A stretch of 62,766 bases of DNA from an uncultured bacterium (GTDB lineage: Bacteria; Bacillota; Clostridia; Lachnospirales; Lachnospiraceae). The stretch covers positions 1-62,766 of the forward strand of contig CALBJL010000049.1 of NCBI GenBank assembly GCA_937893485.1. The letters run 5' to 3'. Position 1 is the stretch's first letter. Every line of letters begins with the position of its first letter. The position numbers and the translations under genes are program-made. A model generated the notes under the pieces. It was not told the origin of the DNA. It was given only the letters and a program-made list of their open reading frames with translations, and did not search any database. Shown in pieces: positions 9,108-22,100 of the stretch.

Positions 9108-10442
9108 ATGAGAGATTTAACCAAGGGCAATCCGATGAAACAGATCCTTCTGTTTATGATGCCCATTTTGATAGGAAATGTACTACAGTTGACTTATAGT
9201 CTGGTGGATACCCGTGTGGTAGGCTCCGTCTTGGGAGATACTGCGCTGGCGGCTGTCGGGGCGACGACCTCGCTGAGTACGCTCGTGATCGGATTTTTGC
9301 AGGGACTGACAAATGGCTTTGCCGTGATCGTGGCACGTTTTTTCGGCGCAGGGGACAAACAGGGACTGAAGCGCTCGGTAGCGGCGGCGAGTGTGCTGTC
9401 ATTGGGAGTCAGTGCAGCGCTGACTCTGGTCAGCATTGTATTTTTGCCGCAGATTTTCAGCGTGCTGCATGTCGGAAGTGATATTTATGCACTGTCCTAC
9501 GAATATATTGTAGTGATTTTTGCCGGAATGACGGTATCGATGCTGTATAATCTGTGCGCGGCGCTGCTGCGTGCGATCGGTGATTCCGTAACACCGCTCA
9601 TTTTTCTGGCGATTTCTGTCGTGTTAAATATTTTTGGCGATCTGTTCTGTATCTGCGTGCTCGATATGGGTGTGTGCGGCGCTGCGGCAGCAACGGTTGT
9701 GTCACAGCTGTTTGCTACCGTGCTGTGTCTCGTGTTTATTTATAAAAGATATGAGATTCTGCACGTGCAGCGTGAGAACTTCGGATTTTCGCGCGATCTG
9801 GTACGCAATCTGCTCAGTTGTGGATTGTCGATGGGATTTATGGGATGTCTCGTGAATATCGGTACGGTCGCGTTGCAGACCGGTATCAACACGCTTGGAA
9901 ATGACATTATTGTCGCACATACGGCGGCGCGCAAGCTGACAGAGCTGTTTATGCTGGCGTTCGGTGTGATCGGAACGACGATGGCGACGTATTCCGGACA
10001 GAATTTTGGTGCGGGACGCATTGACCGCGTCAAGGAGGGTGTGCGCGCAGCGCTGACCATCGTACTGATCTGGTGCGGGGTCGTGCTGGTGTGCAGCTAT
10101 ACGATTGCACCGGTTCTGATCCGTCTGGTGACAGGCACTAAGAGTGAGACAGTTGTTGCTGCGGCATGGTCTTATCTGAAATTTGACACCCTGCTGTACT
10201 GGGTGACAGCGGTCATCGTTGTGCTGCGTAATACGATGCAGGGTATCGGCGATTATGTGACACCGATCATATCGAGCAGTGTAGAGTGCATCGGCAAGAT
10301 TATTCTCGTGAATCTGCTCGTGGAGCCGTTCGGCTACTGGGGTATCATCGTAGCCGAGCCGATTACATGGTGTTTTATGGTGATCCCGCTGATCGTACAG
10401 TACATACGCAATCCGCTGTTGAAAAAGGTAAATCAGATATAG
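9108..10442 (+). CDS. MATE family efflux transporter
   Basis: DLTKGNP start, about 12 TMs, LRAIGDS.TP and GQNFGAG motifs. Confidence 0.92.
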   Translation: MRDLTKGNPMKQILLFMMPILIGNVLQLTYSLVDTRVVGSVLGDTALAAVGATTSLSTLVIGFLQGLTNGFAVIVARFFGAGDKQGLKRSVAAASVLSLGVSAALTLVSIVFLPQIFSVLHVGSDIYALSYEYIVVIFAGMTVSMLYNLCAALLRAIGDSVTPLIFLAISVVLNIFGDLFCICVLDMGVCGAAAATVVSQLFATVLCLVFIYKRYEILHVQRENFGFSRDLVRNLLSCGLSMGFMGCLVNIGTVALQTGINTLGNDIIVAHTAARKLTELFMLAFGVIGTTMATYSGQNFGAGRIDRVKEGVRAALTIVLIWCGVVLVCSYTIAPVLIRLVTGTKSETVVAAAWSYLKFDTLLYWVTAVIVVLRNTMQGIGDYVTPIISSSVECIGKIILVNLLVEPFGYWGIIVAEPITWCFMVIPLIVQYIRNPLLKKVNQI

Positions 10443-10452
10443 ATGGCTGTAT

Positions 10453-11244
10453 CTAAAACAAATCGTTTTTGACCGGTATGGCAACCTGTGTAATATAATC
10501 ACTGCTATTCCCGCCACGGTTCGGTGGTCCTTCTAAATAAATACAGCGATAGTGTCCGGCTGTTTCTACATGGTTCAGCCGGACATATTCATTTAAAGCA
10601 GAAATCGCAGTCCCAAGTCCCTCATATGCTCCGCGGTAATAGATACATAAGGCAGGTGTCTCGGCAAATTCCTGCCGCTCTGCGCCGGCGAATTCTTCCT
10701 TGACAGGAATGCAGCACATGAGATCCAGATCATCAAGCCCGTTTCCCATACGGACTGTAAACATCCGGGCGATCATAGACATCATGCCTGTTTTCGCGGC
10801 TGCAATGTATGTGTCGCGCAGCCTGGCTGCGGCATCCCCGGTATCCGTGCACTGATACCTGCGGCAGAAGCATATCTGCTGCGGAAGCTGTATCCGGTGT
10901 ATCCGCAGATCCCCCTCCTTCGTAGAGCGTGCCTGAAGCATCTGGATATTGCGGTCTAACGCGGCGCGCAGATTCATCAGACGCTCAAGATAGAGATCCA
11001 TATTTTCGGTATCATAGTAGTAGCTTGCGATTTCCGCAAGTGACAGACCGAGCGCCTGCAGAGACCGGATCGAGCGGATCTGTGTCATATTGTCCGCTGT
11101 GTAATACCGGTAACCGCTCTGTTCATCTTTGACAGCAGGTGTCAGCAGACCCATCTTTTCGTAGACCAGAATGGTCTTTCTGGTCACACCGAGAATTTTC
11201 GTAATCTCGCCCATTTGAAACAAATTCTCACCATATTTCTTCAT
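10453..11244 (-). CDS. MerR family regulator with GyrI-like effector domain
   Basis: GEITKILGVTRKTILVYEKMGLL.P...SGYRYY; C-terminal YRGAYEGL...YITQVAIPV. Confidence 0.88.
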   Translation of the reverse strand: MKKYGENLFQMGEITKILGVTRKTILVYEKMGLLTPAVKDEQSGYRYYTADNMTQIRSIRSLQALGLSLAEIASYYYDTENMDLYLERLMNLRAALDRNIQMLQARSTKEGDLRIHRIQLPQQICFCRRYQCTDTGDAAARLRDTYIAAAKTGMMSMIARMFTVRMGNGLDDLDLMCCIPVKEEFAGAERQEFAETPALCIYYRGAYEGLGTAISALNEYVRLNHVETAGHYRCIYLEGPPNRGGNSSDYITQVAIPVKNDLF

Positions 11245-11298
11245 AGTAATGTTCCTTATCAAATGCTGTTATTGTTCACCGTAACGGGATCGATTTAC

Positions 11299-11329
11299 TT
11301 GACTCGACCCCTAAGGTACAGTGTATAAT
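11299..11329 (+). promoter_or_regulatory. Sigma-70 promoter with 19-bp spacer (MerR type)
   Basis: TTGACT-N19-TATAAT divergent from the MerR gene. Confidence 0.7.
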
Positions 11330-11395
11330 CAGTTTACCAAAACCTTGTAGGATCTACAAGGTGAAGATTATTTTTTGACAAGAGGGAGGTATGGT

Positions 11396-13300
11396 ATGAA
11401 AGATATGAGTCAAAAAAGAACAAACCTGTTAAAAAGATCCGTAATCTTCGCTCTGATAATGGCTATGCTGATCACGCTGATTCCTACAGACACATTTGCT
11501 GCATCAGTCGCTTATCTGACAGAAGATCCGAATGCCGATCTTTATCCATTTCCGTTAGACATGGATTTCCTGTCGAACTATCTGTACGGCAGTGAGGAAA
11601 ACACAAAGGGTAAAGTGTTTGCGACCTATGGGCGCGAAGTTCCGAAAGAATGGATACCCCGCGAGATGCCGCCCAGCCTTCAGAGCAGTTACTGGGGTAA
11701 GGCTGTGGTACATACCACGGTAGCAAAGGCGTATTTCTATCCGGGTCAACCACTGATCGACTACCATAAAAAGCGGATTGAGGAGTTGAATCAGACCGCT
11801 TATCCTTATCTGGGAACCCATCCCGAAGGTCAGGCAAATCTCGCTTTTTATTGTGCAGAAACGAGTGAATTTCAAGTCATTGCATACAATGCAGAGTGGG
11901 TCGCTATCTGGAGCCCGGGTGCAATTGATGTCGGTCAGGGACTTTCAAGTACCTGTGGCGGACTCGGAACGGAGCAGTACGCCAGCTGGAAACCGGGTGT
12001 GTATTTTATGCCGCGCAAGTACGTTTACATCACCGATGCGAGAAATCAGCAGTTAGAGATACCGAAGATCACAGCATCGGGAACGGCAACATGTAATATT
12101 TATGTAAAGACAACCCCGGCAAGTGATAATTATGTAGCTTCGGGACTGATCGAGACGAACCAGCTGTTTCAGGTGACAAAGACGACTCCGATCAATGGAC
12201 ATTATCAGATTTATTATAAGCAGGGACTTTACTATGTTAATGCCAAATATGTAAACCTGCGGATGTCAGGCGAAAACAAGCCTGCGATGCAGTATAATGC
12301 GGTTGTCACAGCCAGTGATCCGGTTGATATCACCTCTCAGGCAAATGCATCTGCCGCTGTAGAGGGAACTGTGAAAAAAGATGCCAAACTTCAGGTCGTT
12401 AAGAAAAACGCGGGCAACGGTTATTCACAGGTGTGGTTTAATTCAAAGAAGTGCTATATCCCTACAAAGTGTCTGGGTGACTTTGAAGATTATTATTCGC
12501 TCGCAGACATCAAGAAACTGGGAAAAGCGAAGGGAACGCTCGTCCTCAATGCACCGTGGTCCGGGTTGGGCAACACAGCGTATACGGCAGAGGGCTTGAA
12601 AATCCTGAAAAAAAATCATATGAATGAGGGTAAAGCAGCGCAGAAAATTGCTGCCATCAATGGATCTTATCACATGAGTGATGGCGACAGTGCTACCGTG
12701 TATGGAATCAACAAATATACCTATTATTCGGAAGACTTCCCGGATTATAAGGAAAAGGTGACGATATACAAAATACTGTATAATGGAAAAGTATGCTACA
12801 CCATGGATCTGGGGCATGAAACAATTAACTATTACCCCGGCAATAAGTATTCAAAAAAGGTGACTGCGGAGACGAAACAGCTTTGGATCTATTGTAATAA
12901 AAATAGTGGTGGCGGATACTTGGAAGCCTATAAGATAGACGGTTACTATTACTACTATAAACTGGATGATATTGCATACCTGATGTCCGGAACAAATAAA
13001 TCCTTTAACGTAACATATGATAAGGCGCACGATGCAATTATCATTAACAGTATGACTCCGTATAAGGGGAAGGCTGCGACTTTGAAGAAAGGCAACGGCA
13101 AAAAACATAAAGTGACCGTTCCCACCACCAGTATTGTGTGGGACGACGAAGTAGTTGGAATCCCCTGCTACAAGATCGATGGCAAGTATTATGTATCAGC
13201 GGCTGCCATTGCTGCATTGACAGATTCACGCTTTGAAGATACCCATTATGGGTGGAGTATCGCAACGACCAGACCGAACAAAATTGACGCTTACGGCTAA
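11396..13300 (+). CDS. Secreted protein with SH3-like repeats and C-terminal copper-amine-oxidase-like/stalk domain
   Basis: Signal peptide (DTFAA), two SH3b-like segments (NGHYQIYY..YYVNAKYV; NGYSQVWF..CYIP), AYKIDG..YKLDDIA motif; AT-richer than neighbours. Confidence 0.6.
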   Translation: MKDMSQKRTNLLKRSVIFALIMAMLITLIPTDTFAASVAYLTEDPNADLYPFPLDMDFLSNYLYGSEENTKGKVFATYGREVPKEWIPREMPPSLQSSYWGKAVVHTTVAKAYFYPGQPLIDYHKKRIEELNQTAYPYLGTHPEGQANLAFYCAETSEFQVIAYNAEWVAIWSPGAIDVGQGLSSTCGGLGTEQYASWKPGVYFMPRKYVYITDARNQQLEIPKITASGTATCNIYVKTTPASDNYVASGLIETNQLFQVTKTTPINGHYQIYYKQGLYYVNAKYVNLRMSGENKPAMQYNAVVTASDPVDITSQANASAAVEGTVKKDAKLQVVKKNAGNGYSQVWFNSKKCYIPTKCLGDFEDYYSLADIKKLGKAKGTLVLNAPWSGLGNTAYTAEGLKILKKNHMNEGKAAQKIAAINGSYHMSDGDSATVYGINKYTYYSEDFPDYKEKVTIYKILYNGKVCYTMDLGHETINYYPGNKYSKKVTAETKQLWIYCNKNSGGGYLEAYKIDGYYYYYKLDDIAYLMSGTNKSFNVTYDKAHDAIIINSMTPYKGKAATLKKGNGKKHKVTVPTTSIVWDDEVVGIPCYKIDGKYYVSAAAIAALTDSRFEDTHYGWSIATTRPNKIDAYG

Positions 13301-13339
13301 AATAGAGAAGGTTGTGAAATAAAATAGTTTTATAATAAT

Positions 13340-13373
13340 AAGGACCTTGGGCTCGATTGAACCCAAGGTCTTT
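13340..13373. terminator. Bidirectional terminator
   Basis: GACCTTGGG/CCCAAGGTC stem between convergent genes. Confidence 0.75.
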
Positions 13374-13389
13374 GTTGCTGCGTTGATCT

Positions 13390-15039
<1,650 letters not shown>

Positions 15040-15159
15040 TTATACATCAAAGTATTATACATCCCGTGCCGGAAGATTTCCAGCGGGTTGCAGAGGATTT
15101 CTCTTAATATAATAAACTATTTCTTTAGAAAATGTTTATAAAAAACGGAAAAGTACATA

Positions 15160-15188
15160 TTGAAATCAAACAGGTTTGCTCTTATAAT
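15160..15188 (+). promoter_or_regulatory. Sigma-70 promoter for ftsH-uvrC
   Basis: TTGAAA-N17-TATAAT. Confidence 0.7.
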
Positions 15189-15230
15189 GGTAGAAAGTAC
15201 GACAAGAGAAAGAAAGTTGGTAATTGGTCT

Positions 15231-17180
15231 ATGGAAAATGGTAATTTCGGAGGCGGAGGTAACAATCCGAATAACAACAATAACAATCAAAACGGAGGAA
15301 ACAACAATCGCGGCGGCGGTGGACCGAGAAACAACCGGAACGGCCAGATGGTCATGGTATTCGTGCTCATCACACTTGTGGCGCTGCTGTTCATGAGTCT
15401 GGTCAGCAAGTGGCAGACGCAGATGACTGCACAGGAGATCTCGTATACGGAATTCCTGAAGATGGTCGAGGACGGCAAGGTAGAGAGTGTGGGTCTGGGT
15501 TCCCAGCAGATCGATATCACACCGAAACCGGATAAGAATGAGATTATACCGGTCACTTACTATACAGGATATGTCGGTGATGATGATCTGATTCCGACGT
15601 TGAAAGAGGCTGGTGTAGAGATCAGGGGTGAGATCCCTGACAACACAGCAGGATGGATCTACAATATTGTGAGCTTCCTGCTCCCGATTGTGATCCTGTG
15701 GGCATTGCTGGGATTCCTCATGAAGCGTATGGGCGGCGGTCCGATGGGCGTCGGCAAAAATACGGCAAAGGTCTATGTCGAGAAAAAAACCGGAGTGACG
15801 TTTAAGGATGTTGCCGGACAGGACGAGGCAAAGGAATCGTTACAGGAGGTTGTGGATTTTCTGCATAATCCGAGAAAATATACGCAGATCGGTGCAAAGC
15901 TGCCGAAGGGAGCCCTGCTTGTAGGCCCTCCCGGAACCGGTAAGACGCTGCTCGCAAAGGCAGTCGCAGGAGAGGCTGGCGTACCGTTCTTCTCACTGGC
16001 GGGTTCCGATTTTGTGGAAATGTTCGTCGGAGTCGGTGCTTCGCGTGTGCGTGATCTGTTCAAGGAAGCGCAGAAACAGGCACCCTGTATCATTTTTATT
16101 GATGAGATTGACGCGATCGGAAAGAGCCGTGATACCAGATATGGCGGCAATGACGAGCGCGAGCAGACATTGAACCAGCTGCTGGCGGAGATGGATGGTT
16201 TTGATACCTCCAAGGGTCTGCTCATTCTGGCAGCGACGAACCGGCCGGAGGTATTGGATAAGGCATTGCTGCGCCCGGGTCGTTTTGACCGGCGTATCAT
16301 TGTTGACAAGCCGGATCAGAAGGGTCGTCTGGAGACCTTGAAGGTACACTCCAAGGATGTCAAGATGGATGAGACCGTCGATCTGAATGCGATCGCACTG
16401 GCATCTGCCGGTCTGGTCGGATCAGATCTGGCAAATATTATTAACGAGGCAGCGATCAACGCGGTAAAACACGGCAGAGCCTTTGTGAACCAGAGTGATC
16501 TGTTTGAGGCGTTTGAGATCGTGGCTGTCGGCGGCAAGGAGAAGAAGGATCGCACGATGAGCGATCAGGAGCGCAAGATCGTTTCATATCATGAGGTTGG
16601 TCATGCGATGGTGGCCGCTTTGCAGAAAAATACCGAACCGGTACAAAAGATCACGATTGTTCCCCGTACAATGGGAGCGCTCGGCTATACGTTACAGACG
16701 CCGGAGGAGGAGAAGTTCTTACAGACGAAGGACGAATTGCTGGCGAAGATCCGTACCTATATGGCAGGTCGTGCGGCGGAGGAGCTGGTATTCCAGTCTG
16801 CGACGAGCGGAGCTTCAAACGATATTGAGATGGCAACACGTATCGCGCGTGCGATGGTGACACAGTACGGTATGTCGGAGGAATTCGGCATGATGAGCCT
16901 CGAATCAGTAGAAAATCATTATCTGGATGGCCGTCCGGTACTAAACTGTGGTGAGGAGACTGCGGCACAGATCGATAAGGTCGTACAGAAGATGATCAAG
17001 GATGCCTATGACGAGGCGACCAGACTGCTTGCAGAGAACCGAGAGATTCTTGACCGGATCTCCGATCACTTGTATGAGAAAGAGACAATCACCGGCAAAG
17101 AATTCATGAAGATTTTCCGTGAAATGAAGGATCTGCCCGATCCGGATGCGGAGAAAAAGGACGAGGACAATGGCGTTTGA
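15231..17180 (+). CDS. ftsH: ATP-dependent zinc metalloprotease FtsH
   Basis: Two TMs, [20 protein letters not shown]. Confidence 0.97.
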   Translation: MENGNFGGGGNNPNNNNNNQNGGNNNRGGGGPRNNRNGQMVMVFVLITLVALLFMSLVSKWQTQMTAQEISYTEFLKMVEDGKVESVGLGSQQIDITPKPDKNEIIPVTYYTGYVGDDDLIPTLKEAGVEIRGEIPDNTAGWIYNIVSFLLPIVILWALLGFLMKRMGGGPMGVGKNTAKVYVEKKTGVTFKDVAGQDEAKESLQEVVDFLHNPRKYTQIGAKLPKGALLVGPPGTGKTLLAKAVAGEAGVPFFSLAGSDFVEMFVGVGASRVRDLFKEAQKQAPCIIFIDEIDAIGKSRDTRYGGNDEREQTLNQLLAEMDGFDTSKGLLILAATNRPEVLDKALLRPGRFDRRIIVDKPDQKGRLETLKVHSKDVKMDETVDLNAIALASAGLVGSDLANIINEAAINAVKHGRAFVNQSDLFEAFEIVAVGGKEKKDRTMSDQERKIVSYHEVGHAMVAALQKNTEPVQKITIVPRTMGALGYTLQTPEEEKFLQTKDELLAKIRTYMAGRAAEELVFQSATSGASNDIEMATRIARAMVTQYGMSEEFGMMSLESVENHYLDGRPVLNCGEETAAQIDKVVQKMIKDAYDEATRLLAENREILDRISDHLYEKETITGKEFMKIFREMKDLPDPDAEKKDEDNGV

Positions 17181-19050
17181 TTTTGCAGAGGAATTAGCGA
17201 AGCTTCCGAACAAACCCGGAGTCTATATCATGCATGATAAAAAGGATGCGATCATTTACGTCGGAAAAGCAATCTCGCTGCGCCACCGCGTGCGGCAGTA
17301 TTTTCAGGCGAGCCACCATGAAGGAATCAAAAAAGACCGCATGGTGCAGCAGATCGACCGCTTTGAGTATATCGTGACGGATTCCGAGCTGGAAGCACTG
17401 GTGCTTGAGTGTAATCTGATCAAGGAGCACCGACCAAAATATAATACGATGCTTACGGACGACAAGACGTATCCATATATAAAAGTGACGCTGGGGGAAA
17501 TGTTCCCCAGGGTCCTTTTTTCGCGTCAGCTAAAAAAAGACAAATCGGCTTATTTCGGGCCGTATACGAGTGCGGGCGCGGTCAAGGATACGATCGGACT
17601 GATCCACAAGCTCTATCAGATCCGGACATGTAACCGGTGTCTGCCGCGCGATATCGGGGCGGAGCGGGCTTGCCTGAATTACCATATCCACCAGTGTCAG
17701 GCACCGTGCCAGGGCTATGTGTCACAGGAGGAATACCGCAAACAGATCGACGGTGTGCTGGATTTTCTGAACGGGCGCTATCAGCCGGTGCTGCGGATGC
17801 TGCAGGAGAAAATGGAGGCGGCTGCCGAGAAACTGGATTTTGAGAAAGCCGCAGAATATCGGGATCTGCTCGGCAGCGTGAAACAGATTGCGCAGAAACA
17901 GAAGATTACACATGCGGACGGCGAGGATCGTGATATTCTGGCGCTCGCGTGTGATGACCGGGATGCAGTCGTACAGATCTTTTTTGTGCGCGACGGACGG
18001 ATGATCGGCAGGGATCATTTTTATCTGAGAATCGTGAATGAGGACACTCCGGCACAGATATTGACTTCTTTTATCAAACAGTTCTATGCCGGAACACCGT
18101 ATATCCCGCGGGAACTCATGCTGCAGACTGATATCGATGACCGTGAAGTCATTGAAGAATGGCTCAGTAAGCGTAAGGGTCAGAAAGTCTATCTGCGTGT
18201 GCCTAAGCGCGGCACCAAGGAAAAACTGGTCGAACTGGCGGAGAAAAACGCAATGATCGTGCTGACACAGGATCGGGAAAAGATCAAGCGCGAGGAAGGG
18301 CGGACGATCGGGGCAGTCAAGGAGCTGGCGGATCTGCTGTCGCTGCCACGTGAGCGGGTACAACGGCTGGAGGCTTATGATATTTCGAATACGAACGGTT
18401 TTGAATCTGTCGGATCAATGGTTGTCTATGAGAAGGGCAGACCGAGCCGCAGCGATTACCGGAAGTTCAAGCTGCGCACCGTTGTCGGACCGGATGACTA
18501 CGCATCAATGCATGAGGTGCTCACAAGACGTTTTGAACACGGCTTAAAGGAGCGCAAGGAGCGGCGGGAACGCGAGCTGGAGGATGAATACGGCAGCTTC
18601 ACGCGGTTTCCGGATCTGATATTGATGGACGGTGGACGCGGTCAGGTGAACATCGCGTTGCAGGTGCTTGATGAGCTGCACCTGAATATCCCGGTCTGCG
18701 GCATGGTAAAGGATGATAATCACCGCACACGCGGGTTATACTATAACAATGTGGAGGTGTCGATCGACCGGCACAGCGAGGCATTCCGGCTGATCACGCG
18801 CATTCAGGATGAAGCACACCGCTTTGCGATCGAGTATCACCGTTCGCTGCGCAGCAAGGAGCAGGTGCATTCCGTGCTGGATGACATACCGGGCATCGGG
18901 CCCGCGCGCAGAAAAGCACTGATGCGCACATTTCAGTCGCTCGATGCGATCCGCGCCGCTTCGGTGGAAGAACTGGCGGCGGCAGACAGCATGAATGAGC
19001 GGTCGGCGCAGGCGGTCTATGACTTTTTCCGGGCGCAGGAGCAGTCGTGA
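17170..19050 (+). CDS. uvrC: Excinuclease ABC subunit C
   Basis: GIY-YIG (PGVY..IYVGKA), DISN, DGGRGQ, HhH IPGIG. Confidence 0.97.
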   Translation: MAFDFAEELAKLPNKPGVYIMHDKKDAIIYVGKAISLRHRVRQYFQASHHEGIKKDRMVQQIDRFEYIVTDSELEALVLECNLIKEHRPKYNTMLTDDKTYPYIKVTLGEMFPRVLFSRQLKKDKSAYFGPYTSAGAVKDTIGLIHKLYQIRTCNRCLPRDIGAERACLNYHIHQCQAPCQGYVSQEEYRKQIDGVLDFLNGRYQPVLRMLQEKMEAAAEKLDFEKAAEYRDLLGSVKQIAQKQKITHADGEDRDILALACDDRDAVVQIFFVRDGRMIGRDHFYLRIVNEDTPAQILTSFIKQFYAGTPYIPRELMLQTDIDDREVIEEWLSKRKGQKVYLRVPKRGTKEKLVELAEKNAMIVLTQDREKIKREEGRTIGAVKELADLLSLPRERVQRLEAYDISNTNGFESVGSMVVYEKGRPSRSDYRKFKLRTVVGPDDYASMHEVLTRRFEHGLKERKERRERELEDEYGSFTRFPDLILMDGGRGQVNIALQVLDELHLNIPVCGMVKDDNHRTRGLYYNNVEVSIDRHSEAFRLITRIQDEAHRFAIEYHRSLRSKEQVHSVLDDIPGIGPARRKALMRTFQSLDAIRAASVEELAAADSMNERSAQAVYDFFRAQEQS

Positions 19051-19134
19051 AAAAATGACCTTGCGGATTTGGATGTTGTAAATTATTATAGGAATAGATA
19101 GGTATAGGTTCAGCATGTATAGGGGGAACATACA

Positions 19135-20085
19135 ATGACAAAAAAAGAGGTATCAGTCGCAAAATTGGCGAGATTATTAGATCTGAATAACTTTACGGAG
19201 CAGGTAAACCTCAAGCAGAAAAAGGTATGTATTACCGAGATCAACCGCCCCGCATTACAGTTGCACGGCTATTTTGAGCATTTTGCAGAGGGGCGCGTAC
19301 AGATTATCGGAATGGTAGAGTTTGCATATTTGCAGCAGGTGGCAAAGGAGCGCAAGCGGGAGGCATATGATAAGTTCATGAGCTTTGATATACCGTGTGT
19401 TGTCTTTTGCCGGGGTTTCCAGCCGGATGAGGATTTTCTGGATGCGGCGACGAGGCACAATGTGGCAGTTCTCGGAACGGAGCGCGCGACTTCTGCGCTG
19501 ACGGCAGAGCTGATCCGCACGTTGAATGAGGAGCTGGCACCGTGTATCACGATTCACGGCGTGCTGGTAGATGTATATGGTGAGGGACTGCTGATCATGG
19601 GTGAGAGCGGTATTGGAAAAAGTGAGGCTGCGCTGGAGCTGATCCGACGCGGACACCGCCTTGTGACTGATGACGCGGTAGAGATCAAGCGGATTGATGA
19701 CCGGACGCTGATCGGTACGTCTCCGGCGATCACCAGACACTTTATTGAGCTGCGAGGCATCGGTATCATTGATGTAAAGTCACTGTATGGTGTCGAGTGT
19801 GTCAAGGATAAACAGCAGATTGATCTTGTGATTAAGCTTGAGGACTGGCATAAGGATAAAGAGTATGACCGTCTTGGCATGGAGCAGGAATACACCGAGT
19901 TTTTAGGCAACAAAGTGGTCTGCCACTCGCTGCCGATCCGTCCCGGACGAAATCTGGCAGTGATCTGTGAGACCGCCGCGGTCAACCACAGACAGAAGAA
20001 GATGGGCTATAATGCCGCGCAGGAGCTGTATCGCCGTGTGCAGGCGAATATCGCCAAGGGGTCCAGCTCGGATGACGACGAATAA
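19135..20085 (+). CDS. hprK: HPr kinase/phosphorylase
   Basis: HGVLVD..GESGIGKSE, LVTDD, IELRGIGII. Confidence 0.97.
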   Translation: MTKKEVSVAKLARLLDLNNFTEQVNLKQKKVCITEINRPALQLHGYFEHFAEGRVQIIGMVEFAYLQQVAKERKREAYDKFMSFDIPCVVFCRGFQPDEDFLDAATRHNVAVLGTERATSALTAELIRTLNEELAPCITIHGVLVDVYGEGLLIMGESGIGKSEAALELIRRGHRLVTDDAVEIKRIDDRTLIGTSPAITRHFIELRGIGIIDVKSLYGVECVKDKQQIDLVIKLEDWHKDKEYDRLGMEQEYTEFLGNKVVCHSLPIRPGRNLAVICETAAVNHRQKKMGYNAAQELYRRVQANIAKGSSSDDDE

Positions 20086-20124
20086 AGGTGGTTGTCGATG
20101 TATCAACAGTATGTTATAAGGGGG

Positions 20125-20594
20125 CGCGGCTCCCACAAGCATGTCTGTTTTGCTTTCATTGCACGACCCATTCCGATGAGCCTCCGCAAAACAAAATTGT
20201 GTCAGCAATGGCTTCCACAATTTGGAGTCTCATCTCCATCGCGCAAAGGCAGCAAAATCAGACATCGCTTGCTCGCGCCGCTACGTTTCTATTGCGTCAC
20301 AGTGTTCGCCTGTCCAGTCTGCGCTATGAATGTGCCTGACAAACATTCTGTAAAGTAAGGCTGCGGGCGCAGCAGTTCCCGTCAGATGCGACGTTTGTCC
20401 GGCGAAGTGCGAGCGACTGGATAACGATTCTCATGTCATAGCTGGAAGCCGCAGGCTATGTGTGCGAAGGACACATCGAGCCAAGGCTGAAGAGACAGCG
20501 AGACACCGCGGAACAATCGGAGCAGCCTGATCGGGATACTGTTGTGCACACAGCCGGGCAATACGGTGTCGTGGTTTTGCTTGTGGGAGCCGCG
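20125..20594. mobile_element. Non-coding multi-hairpin repeat element with 17-bp terminal inverted repeats (MITE-like or structured RNA)
   Basis: CGCGGCTCCCACAAGCA (20125-41) / TGCTTGTGGGAGCCGCG (20578-94); long internal hairpins; second copy at 1-51. Confidence 0.65.
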
Positions 20595-20705
20595 AACTCT
20601 TAGCCGGATAAAGTGATGTAACAGCCCTGTATATGGGAGCCGCGACCGGATTTAAAAATAGTTTTGATATGAATAAATATGTAATAGTTAAGGAGAATGA
20701 CAGAA

Positions 20706-22100
20706 ATGGAACGAAATAACGCATGGGATGCCTATCCCGGAGACAAAAAGCAGGAAGTCTACGACTTTGCGGAGAACTACCGCGTATTTTTGTCAGAGAA
20801 TAAAACTGAACGCGAATGCGTCAAAACATTCGTGCAGCAGGCAAAGGAAGCCGGATTTATCAGCTTAGAGGAGGCAGTCGCAAAGGGAACTGCCTTAAAG
20901 CCAGGCGACAAAGTCTATGCAGATCACATGGGCAAGTCACTCGCCCTGTTTGTGATCGGAAGCGCCCCGATCAGCGAGGGCATGAACATTTTAGGTGCAC
21001 ACATTGATTCGCCGCGACTCGACCTCAAGCAGAATCCGATGTACGAGGACAACGATATGGTGCTGCTCGACACCCACTACTACGGCGGTGTCAAAAAATA
21101 CCAGTGGGTCACACTGCCGCTGGCGCTGCACGGAGTTGTCGCTAAAAAGGACGGCACGGTCGTAGAGATCAACATCGGCGAGCAGGCATCAGATCCCGTT
21201 GTGGGCGTGAGCGATCTGCTCATTCATCTGGCGGGAGAACAGCTCGAAAAGAAGGGCAATAAGGTCGTAGAGGGCGAGAATCTCGATGTGCTCATCGGTA
21301 ATCTGCCCGCAGATAAAACAGACGAGGAAAAGAGCGCAAAGGAGCGTGTAAAAGCGCAGATTTTAGAGCTTTTGAAGCAGCAGTACGGGATCGGGGAGGA
21401 GGACTTCTTATCCGCAGAGATTGAGGTCGTACCTGCGGGAGCAGCCAGAGATTACGGACTCGACCGCAGCATGATCATGGGCTACGGACATGATGACCGT
21501 GTCTGTGCATATCCTTCCTTTGAGGCAATTTTACAGATGGAAACACCGGAGCGCACAAGTGTCTGCCTGCTCGTGGACAAAGAGGAGATCGGCAGCGTCG
21601 GCGCGACTGGCATGCATTCGCGATTTTTTGAAAATATGGTTGCAGAAGTGCTCGACCGCTGTGGCGCTTATACAGATCTTGCCCTGCGCCGCGCATTGCA
21701 GCATTCGAGAATGTTGTCATCCGATGTCAGCGCTGCGTATGACCCGAACTATCCGTCCGTGTCAGAAAAGAAAAATGCGGCATATTTTGGCAGAGGTATC
21801 GTATTTAATAAATATACCGGATCACGCGGAAAATCAGGATCAAACGACGCAAATGCGGAATATATCGCCAGACTGCGCCGGATCTTTGATGAAAACGGCG
21901 TGGCATTCCAGACATCGGAGCTGGGCAAGGTAGATCAGGGCGGCGGCGGAACGATCGCTTATATTCTGGCAAATTACGGCATGGAAGTCATCGACAGCGG
22001 TGTCGCAGTGCTGAATATGCATGCGCCGTGGGAGATCATCAGCAAAGTAGATCTGTATGAGGCTTATAAAGGCTATATGGCATTTTTGAGGGAAGCATAA
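20706..22100 (+). CDS. M18 family aminopeptidase
   Basis: GAHIDSP, GHDDR, DKEEIGS, SSDVS, MHAP; alternative start 20697. Confidence 0.92.
   Translation: MERNNAWDAYPGDKKQEVYDFAENYRVFLSENKTERECVKTFVQQAKEAGFISLEEAVAKGTALKPGDKVYADHMGKSLALFVIGSAPISEGMNILGAHIDSPRLDLKQNPMYEDNDMVLLDTHYYGGVKKYQWVTLPLALHGVVAKKDGTVVEINIGEQASDPVVGVSDLLIHLAGEQLEKKGNKVVEGENLDVLIGNLPADKTDEEKSAKERVKAQILELLKQQYGIGEEDFLSAEIEVVPAGAARDYGLDRSMIMGYGHDDRVCAYPSFEAILQMETPERTSVCLLVDKEEIGSVGATGMHSRFFENMVAEVLDRCGAYTDLALRRALQHSRMLSSDVSAAYDPNYPSVSEKKNAAYFGRGIVFNKYTGSRGKSGSNDANAEYIARLRRIFDENGVAFQTSELGKVDQGGGGTIAYILANYGMEVIDSGVAVLNMHAPWEIISKVDLYEAYKGYMAFLREA

Noticed and set aside
15231..15345. Asn/Gly-rich N-terminus of FtsH
   Set aside because: Low-complexity cytoplasmic extension; no further evidence of a special role
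20088..20724. Short ORFs (83-105 aa) in the hprK-aminopeptidase interval
   Set aside because: No RBS or recognisable motifs; they overlap the structured repeat element
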